Below, one piece after another: positions 62,331-64,000 of a stretch of 64,000 nucleotides of DNA. How positions within the stretch are numbered: the first letter of the stretch is position 1; each line of letters starts with the position of its first letter. Origin of the DNA: Mustelus asterias. Taxonomy: Eukaryota. Location of the stretch: contig NC_135809.1 of the NCBI RefSeq assembly GCF_964213995.1, positions 136,834,001 through 136,898,000 of the forward strand, written 5' to 3'. Made by a program: the position numbers and the translations under genes. The notes under the pieces were generated by a model. The model was not told the DNA's origin. It made no database searches and was given only the letters and a program-made list of their open reading frames with translations.

Positions 62331-64000
62331 CCAAGACAGACAAGGCTCATGAACCACGGCACAAATCTAAGTTGGGAACTAACATACTCTCTGAGAATTA
62401 CCATTTGAAGCATTGCATGCAAAAGTTTCTGTGCCTAAGCCACATTGCCTGCTTATCTTGAAAGTGAAGGTGATAGCTGAGGAATAGCAATTGGTATTGT
62501 GGTTTTAAATAAATCTCACGCAAGAGTTATCCCGAGGCTCATTTCTCTCTGCCAGTGTAATTTTGATGTAAGTTCAGCAAAAAGCCCATTTGTGTGCATA
62601 AATTTCCACTAAATGTACGGCAGTGAAATGGGAGAAACATTACCTGAGGAAAATTATCCTTTGGTCATTTCCTAGTACAGTATTCTTGTATTCAATATTG
62701 GAAAATTAAGGTTTCAAACTATATTTTTCCTATTAAAAACTCTACACCCAAAGATAAATGGCTTTCTGTGCCCTGCTTCACCCCACCACCTCGGCTCACT
62801 TACAATATATCATACAATAACTAAATCCTAACAGGGGCTCTTACAGCCATCAAACATTCACAATCCTGGTGCTCTTAGCGCCATTGTACAGAATGGCATT
62901 GCCACCTTGACACGGTTCTGAGTGATACTGCAAATGTCATGTTCTGAAAAGGTATTAGCATGTACACACAGAAAGCACAAGAGAGCAGTCATCTACCCTG
63001 GTTACCTTTTACAGCCATTTTAGATGCAGAAAAAATTAATTAACCTCACACCAAAAGAATCACAAGAATCTGAATGAATGATTTTTGTAAGGTGAAGTTG
63101 AGATCTACCACTTCAGTATTGAATTAGCTGTGGTCTTCCATTTGGCCATTTCAGCCGGTGGTATGAAAATTCCTGACATTTATGGAACAGCTCCTTTGAA
63201 GGGTAGATTCAATTAGAATATAGCGACCTTGTACCCAAGGCGCACTCATTGAGGAGAGCAGTAAGAGCAGCACATGCATGTCATCAAATCGGGATTGCTT
63301 CAAAGTGCACGTGTTGTGGCTGCCATAAATCTCTGGGCTGTTGCAGTTGATCTGACAGGGATAAAGCCAAAATTGATTATGCTTTCTGTTTAATTAGGCA
63401 AGTCTCATAAAAATTGTCCCAGTGACATGCAGCAAAATATTTACACTCAACCTGTTGCATTTTTGAACTCCCGCAGGAAGATGAGTGGCTTTGTTTCTGC
63501 TGCATTGTTTCTTGTCACTCTTTAACCTCTACATTCCAATTTTAAACCGTGCTAGTTTGGTGTTTTGTTATTTTAATGAACAAAAACAGCATTTTTCAGT
63601 CATTGTCTATTTCTGAGGGTAAATCTCCATGGTGCATTTAAAAAAAGAGCAAATTGTTCCTCTGTGTAGGTGTGTAGAATACATCTATATCTAATCCTAG
63701 AATGAAAAATTAACTTTCGCCAAAGTTCTTAAAAGCCAGGTTGAGAGTTTCAATGGCGTACAGAACAGGAGCAAAGTTTATATAAATGTTTCACAACAAT
63801 TCTGATGTCTTTCATGACCAAACTTCCGTTCTAAGTGAATATATAAATGTACACATATCGTTCTGAGAAAAAACAAGATAAGAAAGTGTAATAATAAGCT
63901 ATAAATAAACTAAACAAAAACTAAAAATAAGATAATAAAGCTTATCTTTAATAATAACTTTGATAATAACAGACACAATGGACACAAAACATTTCCTGGA

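Overview
This is repeat-dense elasmobranch (shark-type) genomic DNA with no recognisable host protein-coding gene, so it is probably intronic or gene-desert sequence. The taxon is inferred from HE1-type V-SINEs, CR1/HER1 LINEs and a Deu-domain SINE. It holds one full-length but disabled CR1 LINE (2624-6922) and many CR1, Rex1/Babar, RTE and L2-like fragments. It also holds Penelope-like elements (PLEs) with minimal hammerhead ribozyme motifs, several of them short fold-back insertions with 11-14 bp TSDs. Other repeats are V-SINEs with two different 3' tails, solo LTRs, GG-ended MITE/Harbinger-like elements, a C-rich minisatellite and a 200-N gap. The strongest leads are: (1) an in-phase U_UUA_AAC slippery site joining CR1 ORF1 to ORF2 in the -1 frame; (2) hammerhead motifs with compensatory stem changes in fold-back PLE miniatures; (3) two local templated insertions into SINE cores whose order can be read from nesting. 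All family names come from recognising motifs by eye, not from database searches, and boundaries of degenerate repeats are approximate.
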